The notes under the pieces: model-generated
Database searches by the model: none
Told to the model about the DNA's origin: nothing
What the model saw: only the letters and a program-made list of their open reading frames with translations
Position numbers and translations under genes: made by a program
Sequence record: SRR31156797_3177
DNA: 64,000 nucleotides
Direction: 5' to 3' (one strand)
Shown here: piece after piece, positions 51,098 to 61,052 of the stretch
How positions within the stretch are numbered: the first letter of the stretch is position 1
Layout of the letters: each line of letters starts with the position of its first letter

Positions 51098-51919
51098 ATG
51101 CTCTCTTACCCACAATTTGACCCGATTATTTTTTCCTTAGGCCCTTTGTCTGTCCGCTGGTATGGCTTGATGTATGTGATCGGTTTTATTGCCGCATACC
51201 TACTGGTTGCCTACCAAGCAAAGAAGTTTGGCTGGCAAAAGCTAACAGACCATCTTGACAATCTTAATCTTTCCTTAATTATTGGGGTGATTGTCGGAGG
51301 AAGATTAGGTTACGTTTGTTTCTACAACCCATTATATTACCTTCATAACCCTTTGGATATCTTAGCCATATGGCACGGCGGGATGTCGTTTCATGGCGGC
51401 TGCGCAGGTGCACTGATCGCTGGTTTTCTTTATTCTTCCCGTACTCAACTCCATTTCTGGAAGGCAGCCGATCTTTACGTGGTCACCGTACCTATTGGTC
51501 TTTTTTTCGGCCGGTTGGGTAATTTTATAAACGGGGAATTATATGGCCGTACGACAACAGTTACCTGGGGCATGGTCTTTCCTGGTGGTGGGCCACTGCC
51601 ACGCCATCCCTCACAATTATACGAAGCTCTTTTAGAAGGAATCCTTTTGTTTGCCATTTTGTGGAGTCTAAAAAGCAAACCATGGGCAGAGTCCCCTGGC
51701 CCTTTTTGGCCCCACGGTTCCCTTTTGGCTCTCTTCTTGATTTGGTATAGTGTATTTCGTTTTATTATAGAATATTTCCGTGAACCTGACCCACAGCTAG
51801 GGTTGCTGATTGCTGGATTTTCCATGGGTCAGGTGCTCAGCTGTTGCATGAGCGCGATTGGGATAGGCCTATGGTACTGGCGTAGTGCGGCAACAACGGG
51901 TAGCAAGCAACAACAGTAA
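51098..51919 (+). CDS. lgt: Prolipoprotein diacylglyceryl transferase
   Basis: RWYGLMY, GGRLGY, GGMSFHGG, GRLGNFINGE, RHPSQLYE. Confidence 0.96.
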   Translation: MLSYPQFDPIIFSLGPLSVRWYGLMYVIGFIAAYLLVAYQAKKFGWQKLTDHLDNLNLSLIIGVIVGGRLGYVCFYNPLYYLHNPLDILAIWHGGMSFHGGCAGALIAGFLYSSRTQLHFWKAADLYVVTVPIGLFFGRLGNFINGELYGRTTTVTWGMVFPGGGPLPRHPSQLYEALLEGILLFAILWSLKSKPWAESPGPFWPHGSLLALFLIWYSVFRFIIEYFREPDPQLGLLIAGFSMGQVLSCCMSAIGIGLWYWRSAATTGSKQQQ

Positions 51920-51933
51920 GTTGCAACTTTTCA

Positions 51934-52212
51934 TTAATGATCCCCTAGCTTTTGCGAAAGGTGCTTTCCTGGCCGAAACCTAACTGCCTTACGTGAAGGA
52001 ATAGGGACCACTTCGCCTGTTTTAGGGTTTCTCCCTGTACGAGGAGCCCTGTCAACTACTGTAAAGCTACCAAACCCTGCCAAAGTAACCCGCTCCCCCC
52101 CTTTCATGGCTGTGGACATCATAGTCAACATACCATTTAGGCCTCGCTCTGCGGCGGCTTTACTTATCCTTGCCGAACTGGCGATGGTTTCAATAAGATC
52201 ACTCTTGTTCAT
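51934..52212 (-). CDS. hup: HU-family DNA-binding protein
   Basis: MNKSDLI, GFGSF, GRNPKTGE; SD GGAGG. Confidence 0.92.
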   Translation of the reverse strand: MNKSDLIETIASSARISKAAAERGLNGMLTMMSTAMKGGERVTLAGFGSFTVVDRAPRTGRNPKTGEVVPIPSRKAVRFRPGKHLSQKLGDH

Positions 52213-52336
52213 TTCCCCTCCTTTTTCACCTTAGATACCTCTTAAAAGCAGTAAAGATACAGTCTCTTCAAACTTTTTATTTGTTTAACTAAAGCGTAGC
52301 AGGAGTAAAAAAACAATTGAGGGAACTACTGAGGGA

Positions 52337-52358
52337 CAGTAGGTATTTTTACCTACTG
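52337..52358. promoter_or_regulatory. Perfect palindrome upstream of the HU gene (candidate operator)
   Basis: cagtaggta-tttt-tacctactg. Confidence 0.55.
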
Positions 52359-52436
52359 CTTAAAAAAATGATATAAAAGAGAGGAAGTTAAGAGAAGTAC
52401 AACGTCCTAAAAAAAAACTGTGCTGCCTGTCTTTTT

Positions 52437-53105
52437 TTAAACATCTTCTAAAAACACATTATTCCGAACAACATAATTCACCAAATCAACGGTGTTTTTC
52501 ATGTTGAATTTCTTAATTAGACTTGCACGGTGATGATCAACTGTGCGTGGACTTAATGACAACAATTCTGCAATTTTTTTACTAGTATAGCCCTTAACCA
52601 CTAATTGCAGCACCTGCTTTTCTCGCGGGGACAAGGTCACCATCGGTACGCTCGCCTGCTCTCTAAATGCACCGATCATATCCCCTGATATTTCCTCCTG
52701 TAATTGTGGAGACACATAGGTTTTCCCCTTTTGTATTCTTCCTATGGCCTTTATCAATTCAGCATCGGAGTCTTCTTTGATAAGGTAACCATGCACCCCG
52801 GCAGCTATGCAATGATAAAAGTATTGATTATCCCCATGCATTGTGACAATCAATACTTTGATATCAGGGTAACGTTGTTTTATCTGCCCGACCGCCTCAA
52901 TTCCATTCATATCGGGCATTGAAATATCAAGAATCACCATATCGGGATCCTGCTCTCTTAGCACTTCCAGCAATTCAATGCCGTTAGCAGCTTCCCCAAC
53001 AACGCTCATCCCGACATTATCAGCAATTAGACTTTTTATACCTTGCCGGATAAGACTGTGGTCATCAGCAATGACTATTCGATAACTTTCTTTTTCAGTG
53101 CACAT
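52437..53105 (-). CDS. NarL/FixJ-family response regulator
   Basis: IADDH, LDISMP, LSPREKQVL, LSPRTVDHHR. Confidence 0.93.
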   Translation of the reverse strand: MCTEKESYRIVIADDHSLIRQGIKSLIADNVGMSVVGEAANGIELLEVLREQDPDMVILDISMPDMNGIEAVGQIKQRYPDIKVLIVTMHGDNQYFYHCIAAGVHGYLIKEDSDAELIKAIGRIQKGKTYVSPQLQEEISGDMIGAFREQASVPMVTLSPREKQVLQLVVKGYTSKKIAELLSLSPRTVDHHRASLIKKFNMKNTVDLVNYVVRNNVFLEDV

Positions 53106-54551
53106 TTATTGATACTGTATGCTTACGGGACAGTGGTCAGACCCCATAATATCGTCATGGATGGCAGCCTCAATTAACCGGTGCCGACTCTCTGGATCTA
53201 CTAAAAAATAGTCAATCCGCCACCCTATATTTTTGGCACGAGCATTAAAGCGATAGCTCCACCACGTATAGTTCCCAGGTTCAGGGTTAAATTCTCGGAA
53301 AGTATCAATGTAGCCAGCCGCAATAACCTCATCCATCCACTCTCGTTCATGAGGAGAAAATCCTGGGTTTTGTTTATTTGATTGAGGATTTGCTAAATCA
53401 AGAGGTTTATGGGCTACGTTCAGGTCCCCGCAGAGCACTACTGATTTACCCTGCTGCAGCTTTTCTATAAACGCAAAAAGGGCCCGGTTAAATCTCAGCT
53501 TGTAATCAATCCGTTTTAATGCCGATTGGGCATTGGGGAAATAAGTATTAATAAAATAAAAATCCTCGTACTCCAGGGCAATGACCCGACCTTCCTCGTC
53601 AAATTCTTTTTCGCCAAGGCCACACAACACTCTAATGGGTTCTTTTTTTGAAAATATCGCCGTTCCGGAATATCCTTTTCGTTGAGCCGGGTTCCAATAG
53701 ATGTGGTAACCAGCAATATTAAGCACCGAATCGGGCAACTGCTCAGGCATGGCCTTTATCTCTTGTATTGCAAAGATATCAGCATCAAATTTATGGAAAA
53801 TTTCCATAAATTCTTTATTTAAGGCTGCCCGCAACCCGTTGACATTCCAAGACACAAAATACAACCCTTTATCAGATTTTTTTCTACCAATTTGTTTTAG
53901 CTTCCGGGGCGTCACTCCTATTTTAGGACAGAAGGCCTCTAAAACGCACCGATCACAGTGTGGCCGCTGTGGCTTGCAAAGCCCCTGACCAAACGCGACA
54001 AGTATAGAATTAATATCCAACCAATAGTGTCGCGCTAACTTCTTTCGCAGCTCCATTTCGGTCTGCAATGGCGTTTTGGTAGCAACATATCCCCAAATAT
54101 TCATTATCCTGTGAACATGGGTATCCACACAAATTGCAGGCTTTTTAAAGGCTACCGCAACAACCAAATTAGCCGTTTTCCTGCCTACACCAGGCAAACG
54201 CAGTAATGATTCTACAGTTTGCGGAACTATCCCTCCAAACTCATCTTCAAGCACTTTAGGCAGAGCATGTAGATATTTGGCTTTATTTCGGTAAAAGCCA
54301 ACCGGATAAATGATCTTTTCCAGTTGAGAGACTGACAGACGGGCTAACTCTACGAGAGTTTCGGCCTTGGCAAACAAACGTTGTGCGGCTACTGCCGTCA
54401 CCTCGTCTTTAGTACGCGCAGAGAGTATGGTGGCAACCAATACTTTAAAAGGATCATCGGTTTGCACGGCGATGAGGTCAACTACGGGCACCTTGTAGTT
54501 AACGACCTCCTTTTTCACAAGGGAAATAGCCTGATCAATATTTATAGTCAC
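53106..54551 (-). CDS. Fused endonuclease III (Nth) - exodeoxyribonuclease III (Xth)
   Basis: N-half: LPGVGRKTA, VDTHVHR, CKPQRPHCDRCVLEAFC; C-half: SWNVNGLRA, QEIK, GDLNVAH, WRIDYF, GSDHCPV. Confidence 0.92.
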   Translation of the reverse strand: MTINIDQAISLVKKEVVNYKVPVVDLIAVQTDDPFKVLVATILSARTKDEVTAVAAQRLFAKAETLVELARLSVSQLEKIIYPVGFYRNKAKYLHALPKVLEDEFGGIVPQTVESLLRLPGVGRKTANLVVAVAFKKPAICVDTHVHRIMNIWGYVATKTPLQTEMELRKKLARHYWLDINSILVAFGQGLCKPQRPHCDRCVLEAFCPKIGVTPRKLKQIGRKKSDKGLYFVSWNVNGLRAALNKEFMEIFHKFDADIFAIQEIKAMPEQLPDSVLNIAGYHIYWNPAQRKGYSGTAIFSKKEPIRVLCGLGEKEFDEEGRVIALEYEDFYFINTYFPNAQSALKRIDYKLRFNRALFAFIEKLQQGKSVVLCGDLNVAHKPLDLANPQSNKQNPGFSPHEREWMDEVIAAGYIDTFREFNPEPGNYTWWSYRFNARAKNIGWRIDYFLVDPESRHRLIEAAIHDDIMGSDHCPVSIQYQ

Positions 54552-54736
54552 AGCGTGTTATATCGTAAAAAAGTGGGAAATATCAGATTCCGATTACCAA
54601 GAACCGCGTATACTCTCATAAAAAAGCAATGGGGGCAGTTGATGGGCTCATAAGGAAAACAAAAATATTAGAGACACATAAACCAAAAGCAGAAACTTGA
54701 ATGATTGATGCGCAATTATTTGACAAAATTTTCAAG

Positions 54737-55594
54737 TTATTTTTCCTGGTAATAATAGCCAGCCTTATAATCATGGTACCCGAAGACCTTGGTGTCCAGT
54801 ACATTTGTCTGGTGGGCATTAAACACAACACTTATAATTTTATCTCTTCCTATTGTGTCAGCGAGCGCCTTTACATGTTCACGACGTGCTTTACCTTGTC
54901 GAATGACAAGAATAACGCCATCGACCTGCTGCGCAAGCACCGCAGTTTCTGCAGCAGCGGCAAGTGGTGGGCTGTCAATAACGACAAACCTGTCATCATA
55001 ACGCGATTTCACCTCATTTACGAGCCTGATCATTGAATCTGAACCTGACAATTCCGCAGGATTAACAGGCGGTGGCCCTGCCGGGAAAATTGAGAGTTTT
55101 TCAATTCCAGACGGTAGAATTAACTTCTCGGCGGCAACACCCTGCTGCAAATGATTCACTATCCCGTGTTCATTGGACAAACCAAAAAGGTGATGTTGGG
55201 AAGGACGCCGCAAGTCACAGTCTAATAAGATGCAGTAATCATCGACACCCTGCGCCAGGGATATGCCGAGATTAGCACAAATAAAGCTTTTACCTTCCCC
55301 TGGTGATGCGCTGGTAACAAGAATCGTACGCGGAGTGACGCCCATGACAGGATATAAAATTCGAGTACGCAGAGTACGAATGCTTTCAGCTACAGCCCCA
55401 GTGGTTGCAGTGGCGAGAATTAATCGTTCATCCCACGGAGCATTGGGTAGAGTTCGTTCTTCAGTGTGAAGTGGAACACGCTCTTCTCTTTTTGTGTCTT
55501 CTTGTTGCGAAAACAAATCACCAGAATGCCCACTGCTAGATGAAAGCTGTTCCGATTCTGCGGCTTTACTCAAAGCTTTTGAAACCTTACCCAC
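54737..55594 (-). CDS. CpsD/CapB-family bacterial tyrosine kinase
   Basis: ESIRTLRT, GEGKS, DCDLRRP, DSPP, C-terminal Tyr cluster; GTG start at 55594 with SD GGAGG (ORF is open to 55660). Confidence 0.9.
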   Translation of the reverse strand: MGKVSKALSKAAESEQLSSSSGHSGDLFSQQEDTKREERVPLHTEERTLPNAPWDERLILATATTGAVAESIRTLRTRILYPVMGVTPRTILVTSASPGEGKSFICANLGISLAQGVDDYCILLDCDLRRPSQHHLFGLSNEHGIVNHLQQGVAAEKLILPSGIEKLSIFPAGPPPVNPAELSGSDSMIRLVNEVKSRYDDRFVVIDSPPLAAAAETAVLAQQVDGVILVIRQGKARREHVKALADTIGRDKIISVVFNAHQTNVLDTKVFGYHDYKAGYYYQEK

Positions 55595-56618
55595 TCTGCC
55601 CTCCGAAAAAACTTTCAAATATTGTTCGCAGCCACTGCCGTACCGAAGCAGGGATGACATCTTCCAAAAATGTCCAGCCAGAAGAATGCGGCAAAAACTC
55701 CAGCACCAACAGCAGGCTGCAGCTTACCAAAAGTATACCAATGCTGATCAACAACGCTCTTCTGTAATCACGATCTTCACCCGTTGATTCTCCAACTGGC
55801 AACGGGTTTTCCTCTCCGGGAAAATGGAGATCCTCCACACACTCTTGGATCAGGTCGCCATTAATCACAGGCTGATTTTCTGCAAAACCGGTCAACAAGG
55901 CATGATCACAAACTATATTAATCAAGCGAGGGGTACCTTTACTGACTTTATGAATCTGCTCAATGGCCTCGTCGGTGAATATGTGCAAATGTCGGGCCCC
56001 TGCATGCCGCAGCCTGAAAAGAATATACTGTTTAGTTTCATTCAACCCAAAAGGTTTAAGGTCAAATCGAATCCCAATACGCTGACGCAGGGGAAGTAAA
56101 CGATCATCGCTCATCAATGCGTTGAGTTCAGGTTGTCCGACCAGAAATATCGACAAAACATCCTGGCCCTTAACATCAAGATTTGACAAAAGACGAATCT
56201 CTTCCAGCAAATCAATGGGCAGCACATGGGCCTCGTCCACAATCAACAAAATGCGATCACCAGCGGCATAGGCAGCTTTCAGCATTTTATCAAAGGCAAT
56301 AAGAAACATTGCTTTATTGCCGTCCCACGGCAGATCCAGTTTCACGGCCAGGTAGGAAAAGAATTCGTCTCTGTACAAAAGTGGATTATTGAGCAAACAT
56401 AATTTAATATCGCTTCCAAGTGATTCCACCAATGCTTCCAGCAAGGTAGTTTTGCCAAGCCCGACATTAGCTGTTAAAACCAAAAAACCCTTCTTCCCCA
56501 ACACACCATACTTAAGGATGGCAAGTGCTTCCTGGTGAGCTTCACTCCTAAAGACAACCTTGGAGTCAGGGGTGAGTTTAAATGGTTTCTTGGTAAGACC
56601 GTAATACGACGTATACAT
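55587..56618 (-). CDS. ExeA-family AAA ATPase
   Basis: MY..YYGL.KKPF..TPD, GLGKTT, IVDEAH, LVGQPEL, LRQRI, GTPRLIN. Confidence 0.9.
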   Translation of the reverse strand: MYTSYYGLTKKPFKLTPDSKVVFRSEAHQEALAILKYGVLGKKGFLVLTANVGLGKTTLLEALVESLGSDIKLCLLNNPLLYRDEFFSYLAVKLDLPWDGNKAMFLIAFDKMLKAAYAAGDRILLIVDEAHVLPIDLLEEIRLLSNLDVKGQDVLSIFLVGQPELNALMSDDRLLPLRQRIGIRFDLKPFGLNETKQYILFRLRHAGARHLHIFTDEAIEQIHKVSKGTPRLINIVCDHALLTGFAENQPVINGDLIQECVEDLHFPGEENPLPVGESTGEDRDYRRALLISIGILLVSCSLLLVLEFLPHSSGWTFLEDVIPASVRQWLRTIFESFFGGQSG

Positions 56619-56674
56619 TAATCATCTATCCCTTATTATAGGGTTGAAAAGGCTTTGTTTGAATTTCATTCATC

Positions 56675-58264
56675 TTACAATATGATTGTGCCACGACTCC
56701 ACAGAAAATAAAAGACACAGACAAGTATGATGATTCCTGTAAACAAATAAATAACAAAACCTATAGTCTTCAATCGAGAGGTACGTTTTTCCTTGGGCAA
56801 TGGCAAATACGGAACGACACAGCCAACTGAAATGCCAAGGTATTCTTCAATTTCAAGTGGATCTTTAAAAGAAGTATCCAAAAGGTCCATCCCGAGTGCC
56901 AAGCCACCGCCTAAAGCCAAACCGAGTCCAACGGCCAAGATCATTATTTTCATAAAATCAGGTTTTACCGGTTTTTGGGGTAAACGGGCAGGATCCATTA
57001 TCTTAAACTGACTTCCCTGCTGTTTTTTCTCCAAATTTTCCACAGAAGATGCCTGAAGATTCTGAGAAACCAGGAAGTCATAGTGGCTTTTAAACTGATT
57101 GTAATCTCGAGTTAAGGCTGACCATTCAGCCTCTCTCACCGGTGCGGCTGCTATCCACTCCTCAAGTAATTTAACCTGTGAACGAAGCTTTGTTTCATCC
57201 GCGCGCAACTCCATCAAGTTGCGATCAATATCTCTTTTCTGAATGGCTGCTGCTTGCAGAATGGGATCGCGGCTAGCTACAGAACGGCTAGACGGCACAG
57301 CCTGTCCATCTTGTGCGTCCCCTATCTGTTCCCCGCTCGAACTCAACTGGCTCTCCATTGCTGCAATGGCCTTACGGATCCGCTTCACTTCCGGATGGGT
57401 CTCTTTATATCTGCCAAGCAGTGATGCCAAGTATGACTGCATTTGGGCCAGCTTCTGATAAGGATCTCCTCCCTGCCCTACCGCACTGGCGTCGCCTTCA
57501 GGTAGGGCCTGATTAACGACAGCACCTTTGAGTAACTGCTGCCGTTGTCCTACCTGCTCCTGCAATACAATTTTTGACCGTTCGAGTTCCTGGATATTAT
57601 CCTGAACACCTTGAAGCTTCACCTGCAAAGTATTGGCCCGGGACACATTTATTTGACGCTGCTCAGGAAGCTCATTGTAATACTTTAATTTATAATCACG
57701 CATGGCCTGCTCTTTCTTATCCAGGCTCTGCTTCGCTATTTGCAACTCATTGGCTATATAACTTGATGTTTCAGAGGCTCTCTCTTCACGGTACTTTAAA
57801 TTTTCTTCAATAAATTTGGATGCCAAGGCATTGGTGACACGAAGGACTTTTTTGGGATTGTCACCTGTGAAGCTGGCCTGAAATATATCGCCTTTAGTGG
57901 GTGATATACTTATATGCTTTCGCATTTCTTCTATGACATCTTCCAGTGGCAATTGTTCACGCATCTCTGGATAGAGATCCAATTCCTTGATTATCTTTTC
58001 CAGGCTGGTCCGACTGGTTACCTGCTGTTTCAGGGTGTTGACAATCTCCCGCACTCTGTCCTTGACATCGGGTGACAATTTAGACGGATTGACCGCCTTT
58101 TTTTCATAAATCAACAGTGAGGTTGCCTTATAGACCTTGGGTGTTATGTAATAAACTGCCAGTCCCCCCAACACAGCAGTCAAAACCAGGGTAACGATCA
58201 GCGTTTTTCTGAATACAACTATATCAAAATATTTTTTTACTAATTGCTGCGTTTTCTCATTCAT
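56675..58264 (-). CDS. GumC/Wzz-family polysaccharide chain-length determinant
   Basis: N-terminal TM with PKVYKAT, long coiled coil, IMDPARLPQKPVKP, TM helix, LDTS. Confidence 0.88.
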   Translation of the reverse strand: MNEKTQQLVKKYFDIVVFRKTLIVTLVLTAVLGGLAVYYITPKVYKATSLLIYEKKAVNPSKLSPDVKDRVREIVNTLKQQVTSRTSLEKIIKELDLYPEMREQLPLEDVIEEMRKHISISPTKGDIFQASFTGDNPKKVLRVTNALASKFIEENLKYREERASETSSYIANELQIAKQSLDKKEQAMRDYKLKYYNELPEQRQINVSRANTLQVKLQGVQDNIQELERSKIVLQEQVGQRQQLLKGAVVNQALPEGDASAVGQGGDPYQKLAQMQSYLASLLGRYKETHPEVKRIRKAIAAMESQLSSSGEQIGDAQDGQAVPSSRSVASRDPILQAAAIQKRDIDRNLMELRADETKLRSQVKLLEEWIAAAPVREAEWSALTRDYNQFKSHYDFLVSQNLQASSVENLEKKQQGSQFKIMDPARLPQKPVKPDFMKIMILAVGLGLALGGGLALGMDLLDTSFKDPLEIEEYLGISVGCVVPYLPLPKEKRTSRLKTIGFVIYLFTGIIILVCVFYFLWSRGTIIL

Positions 58265-58675
58265 AATCTAGAGCTTATGCTTATTATAAAGTATAGGTAA
58301 CTATTCAGCGAACTTTGTTTTAATTTCAATCTGTAACTGGTCAGCAATGCTCCAAATGCATACAAGCAGGCTGGATAATTTTAGTAATGCTCTGTTTTCC
58401 TGGCTGAACGTGCGCAGGTGGAGTGCTACAGAATAGTTACAAGTATAGTTTAAATTTTGCCGTCGATGTCTATGCCTCTGTTCGGAGTATCTTGAAAAAT
58501 TCAAAAATTCGTTCACGATCAGCTACGCTTCGGATCCAAAGCATGCGTAGAAGTTTACAGCAGGTATCCATTTGATATTCAGAGGATAAATATCAAGCAC
58601 AACCCAAAGGTTGCGCCAGGTAACATTTCCCCAGGGTGGCCATCTTAACTCCATGGGCATACAAAGAGAGTCAAC

Positions 58676-59341
58676 ATGCAACGTACCGCAGTTATTGGCG
58701 ACATCCACGGTTGCCTTCATTCGCTCAACAATCTTTTGGATCTTATTCTGCCCAAGACAGACACCTTAATTTTCCTCGGAGATTATGTGGACCGAGGGCC
58801 TCACTCCAAAGGAGTGATTGACAGACTCCTCAACCTCCGAACAACTCATTCGCGCATGATTACCTTAAAAGGCAATCATGATTTCATGTTCCAGCAATAT
58901 TTCGATGAAGGAGAAAGTTCTCTTTTTTTACGGGTTGGTGGGAAAGAAACGCTCATGAGTTACAATATTACCGCTCGTACTTCCGCCCCCAAATCGATGA
59001 TTCCCGCAAACCATCTCGGTTTCTTTCGAGATCTGCCTTTATTTTTTGAAGATGAGCATGCCATTTATGTCCATGCTGGTCTTAAACCAAACAGGCACCT
59101 TACATTACAGCGCCCTCAATGGTGCTTGTGGGCCAGAGAGAGGTTTCTGCAGTCCACTTTTCAACTTGATAAACCCATTATATTTGGCCACACCGTTTTC
59201 CCCCAGCCATACATTACCAACGACAAGATCGGTATAGATACCGGAGCAGTATATGGTGGTAGTCTTACGGCATTACTTTTACCAGATATGGAGTTTATCA
59301 GTGTTCCTGGAGAACAAATTGCTCCCTATCCCTGTCCTTAG
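58676..59341 (+). CDS. PPP-family metallophosphoesterase (Ser/Thr phosphatase-like)
   Basis: GDIHG, GDYVDRG, GNHD, HAG, FGHT, IDTG. Confidence 0.9.
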   Translation: MQRTAVIGDIHGCLHSLNNLLDLILPKTDTLIFLGDYVDRGPHSKGVIDRLLNLRTTHSRMITLKGNHDFMFQQYFDEGESSLFLRVGGKETLMSYNITARTSAPKSMIPANHLGFFRDLPLFFEDEHAIYVHAGLKPNRHLTLQRPQWCLWARERFLQSTFQLDKPIIFGHTVFPQPYITNDKIGIDTGAVYGGSLTALLLPDMEFISVPGEQIAPYPCP

Positions 59342-59384
59342 TCATACATGGTATATGATAGAAAAAGAAAAAACAACGGAGCGA

Positions 59385-60302
59385 TCACAAAAAGCTAGGG
59401 TCTACCGGTAAAATATCGGTCAGTTTTTCTTTTCCCAACAACAGCATCATTACCCGGTCCACGCCCAGAGCAATCCCTGCACTATCCCCCAGGTTCTCTA
59501 ATGCCAGGAGAAACTGCTCCGGCATTAAGGCCATTCTTCCCTGTGTGTTGATAGCACTCATTTCAGCTGAAAAACGCTCACGCTGCACCTCGGGATCCAC
59601 CAACTCAGAAAATCCATTCGCCAGTTCCAACCCACCTATGTAGAGCTCAAACCGTTCTGCAAGCTTGTCATTTCCCTTTTTCGGCCTCGCAAGCGAGGCG
59701 AGTGAGAGAGGGTAATCATAAAGGAAGACCGGCCTCTCCCAACCGAGACAAGGTTCAACATCTTCAACTAAAACTTCTTCAAATCGATCATTTGCGATTG
59801 CCTGTTCCACAGAGATGCCTGCAAATTGAAGAAAAGCTTCTTTAAGCGACAACCTATCCCAAGGTTTCTCCATGGAGATTCCCCTGCCTTTATATGTGAT
59901 CTTTCCATTTCCAAGTGGCTCATTGAATTCAGATGTTTTTTGAACAAGGGCGAGAAACAGATCTTCACATTCCGACATTAAATCGGTGTAGTCCCATCCG
60001 CAGTGGTACCACTCAAGCATGGTAAACTCGGTCTGGTGGTACCTACCGGTCTCTTCCTTCCGAAAACAATGACAGAGTTGGAAGATTTGTTCACAACCAC
60101 TTGCCAATAACATTTTCATACAAAGCTCAGGCGAAGTCTGCAAAAACCACCCCTCACTTGTAAATGGTTGAATATGGGCCTCAGGAAGAAGAACCGGTAA
60201 ACGGATAGGAGTATCGACTTCTATGTAATCACGATTCAGGAAAAAAGAGCGGATAGCCTGCAACAGCTTTGATCGCTGACGCAGGCTACTGGCAACAAGC
60301 AT
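59385..60302 (-). CDS. epmA: EF-P lysine aminoacylase
   Basis: LQTSPELCMK, FRKEE...H..EFTMLEWY, ERFE, ELANGF, GIALGVDR; no anticodon domain; next to efp. Confidence 0.93.
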   Translation of the reverse strand: MLVASSLRQRSKLLQAIRSFFLNRDYIEVDTPIRLPVLLPEAHIQPFTSEGWFLQTSPELCMKMLLASGCEQIFQLCHCFRKEETGRYHQTEFTMLEWYHCGWDYTDLMSECEDLFLALVQKTSEFNEPLGNGKITYKGRGISMEKPWDRLSLKEAFLQFAGISVEQAIANDRFEEVLVEDVEPCLGWERPVFLYDYPLSLASLARPKKGNDKLAERFELYIGGLELANGFSELVDPEVQRERFSAEMSAINTQGRMALMPEQFLLALENLGDSAGIALGVDRVMMLLLGKEKLTDILPVDPSFL

Positions 60303-60305
60303 TTA

Positions 60306-60869
60306 TTATTCCTTGACCCTTGTCATGTAGGTCCCGGTTCGGGTATCTATCTGGATTTTGTCCCCCTGTTCGACAAAGGGAGGTACCTGCAACTGAAAAC
60401 CTGTCTCAACAGTGACAGGCTTGGTATCGGTTCCAGAAGTATCACCTTTTACCCAAGGATCCGCTGTGGTCACTTCAAGGTTGACAAAGGTGGGTAAACT
60501 TACATCAATGGGCCGTTCTCCAAAAAAAAGAACCTGGACTTCCATATTATCAACCAGGTAATTCAAATTATCACCCAATTGTTCTTCAGATAAAAAGATC
60601 TGTTCATAGGACGTCGTATCCATGAAATGATACTCGGCATCCTGAGCATAAAGAAACTGCATGGTTCTTTCCTCAAGGTCAGGCTTCTCAAACTTATCGT
60701 TGGAGCGATATGTATTGGTGAACTGATTACCTGTTATCATGTTACGCATTTTGGTACGATAGAGAGCCTGTCCCTTTCCAGGTTTAGAAAACTGAAAATC
60801 TGTTATAATATAGGGCTCACCATCAATTTGAATCTTCAGTCCTTTACGCAAATCAGAGGCTGAATACAT
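60306..60869 (-). CDS. efp: Elongation factor P
   Basis: KPGKGQA loop, KGDT, VPPF, IDTRTG. Confidence 0.96.
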   Translation of the reverse strand: MYSASDLRKGLKIQIDGEPYIITDFQFSKPGKGQALYRTKMRNMITGNQFTNTYRSNDKFEKPDLEERTMQFLYAQDAEYHFMDTTSYEQIFLSEEQLGDNLNYLVDNMEVQVLFFGERPIDVSLPTFVNLEVTTADPWVKGDTSGTDTKPVTVETGFQLQVPPFVEQGDKIQIDTRTGTYMTRVKE

Positions 60870-61052
60870 TGTTATTATCCTTTAATTCATTATTAATTGA
60901 GTGATACGAAAAAAATCTGTGAAAATAAATCCCCTATACCTTACCGGTACCCTAGATAAAACACAGTTTCTTTTCCCTCTTATCTTGTTTTCACGGGCTA
61001 TCTTTAATACATTTACCCCGACACGACAAATGAATATCTCACACAACACACT

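Noticed and set aside
58603..58618. Sigma-54-like site upstream of the gumC-like gene (TGGCGC-N5-TTGG)
   Set aside because: The -12 element is GG rather than GC
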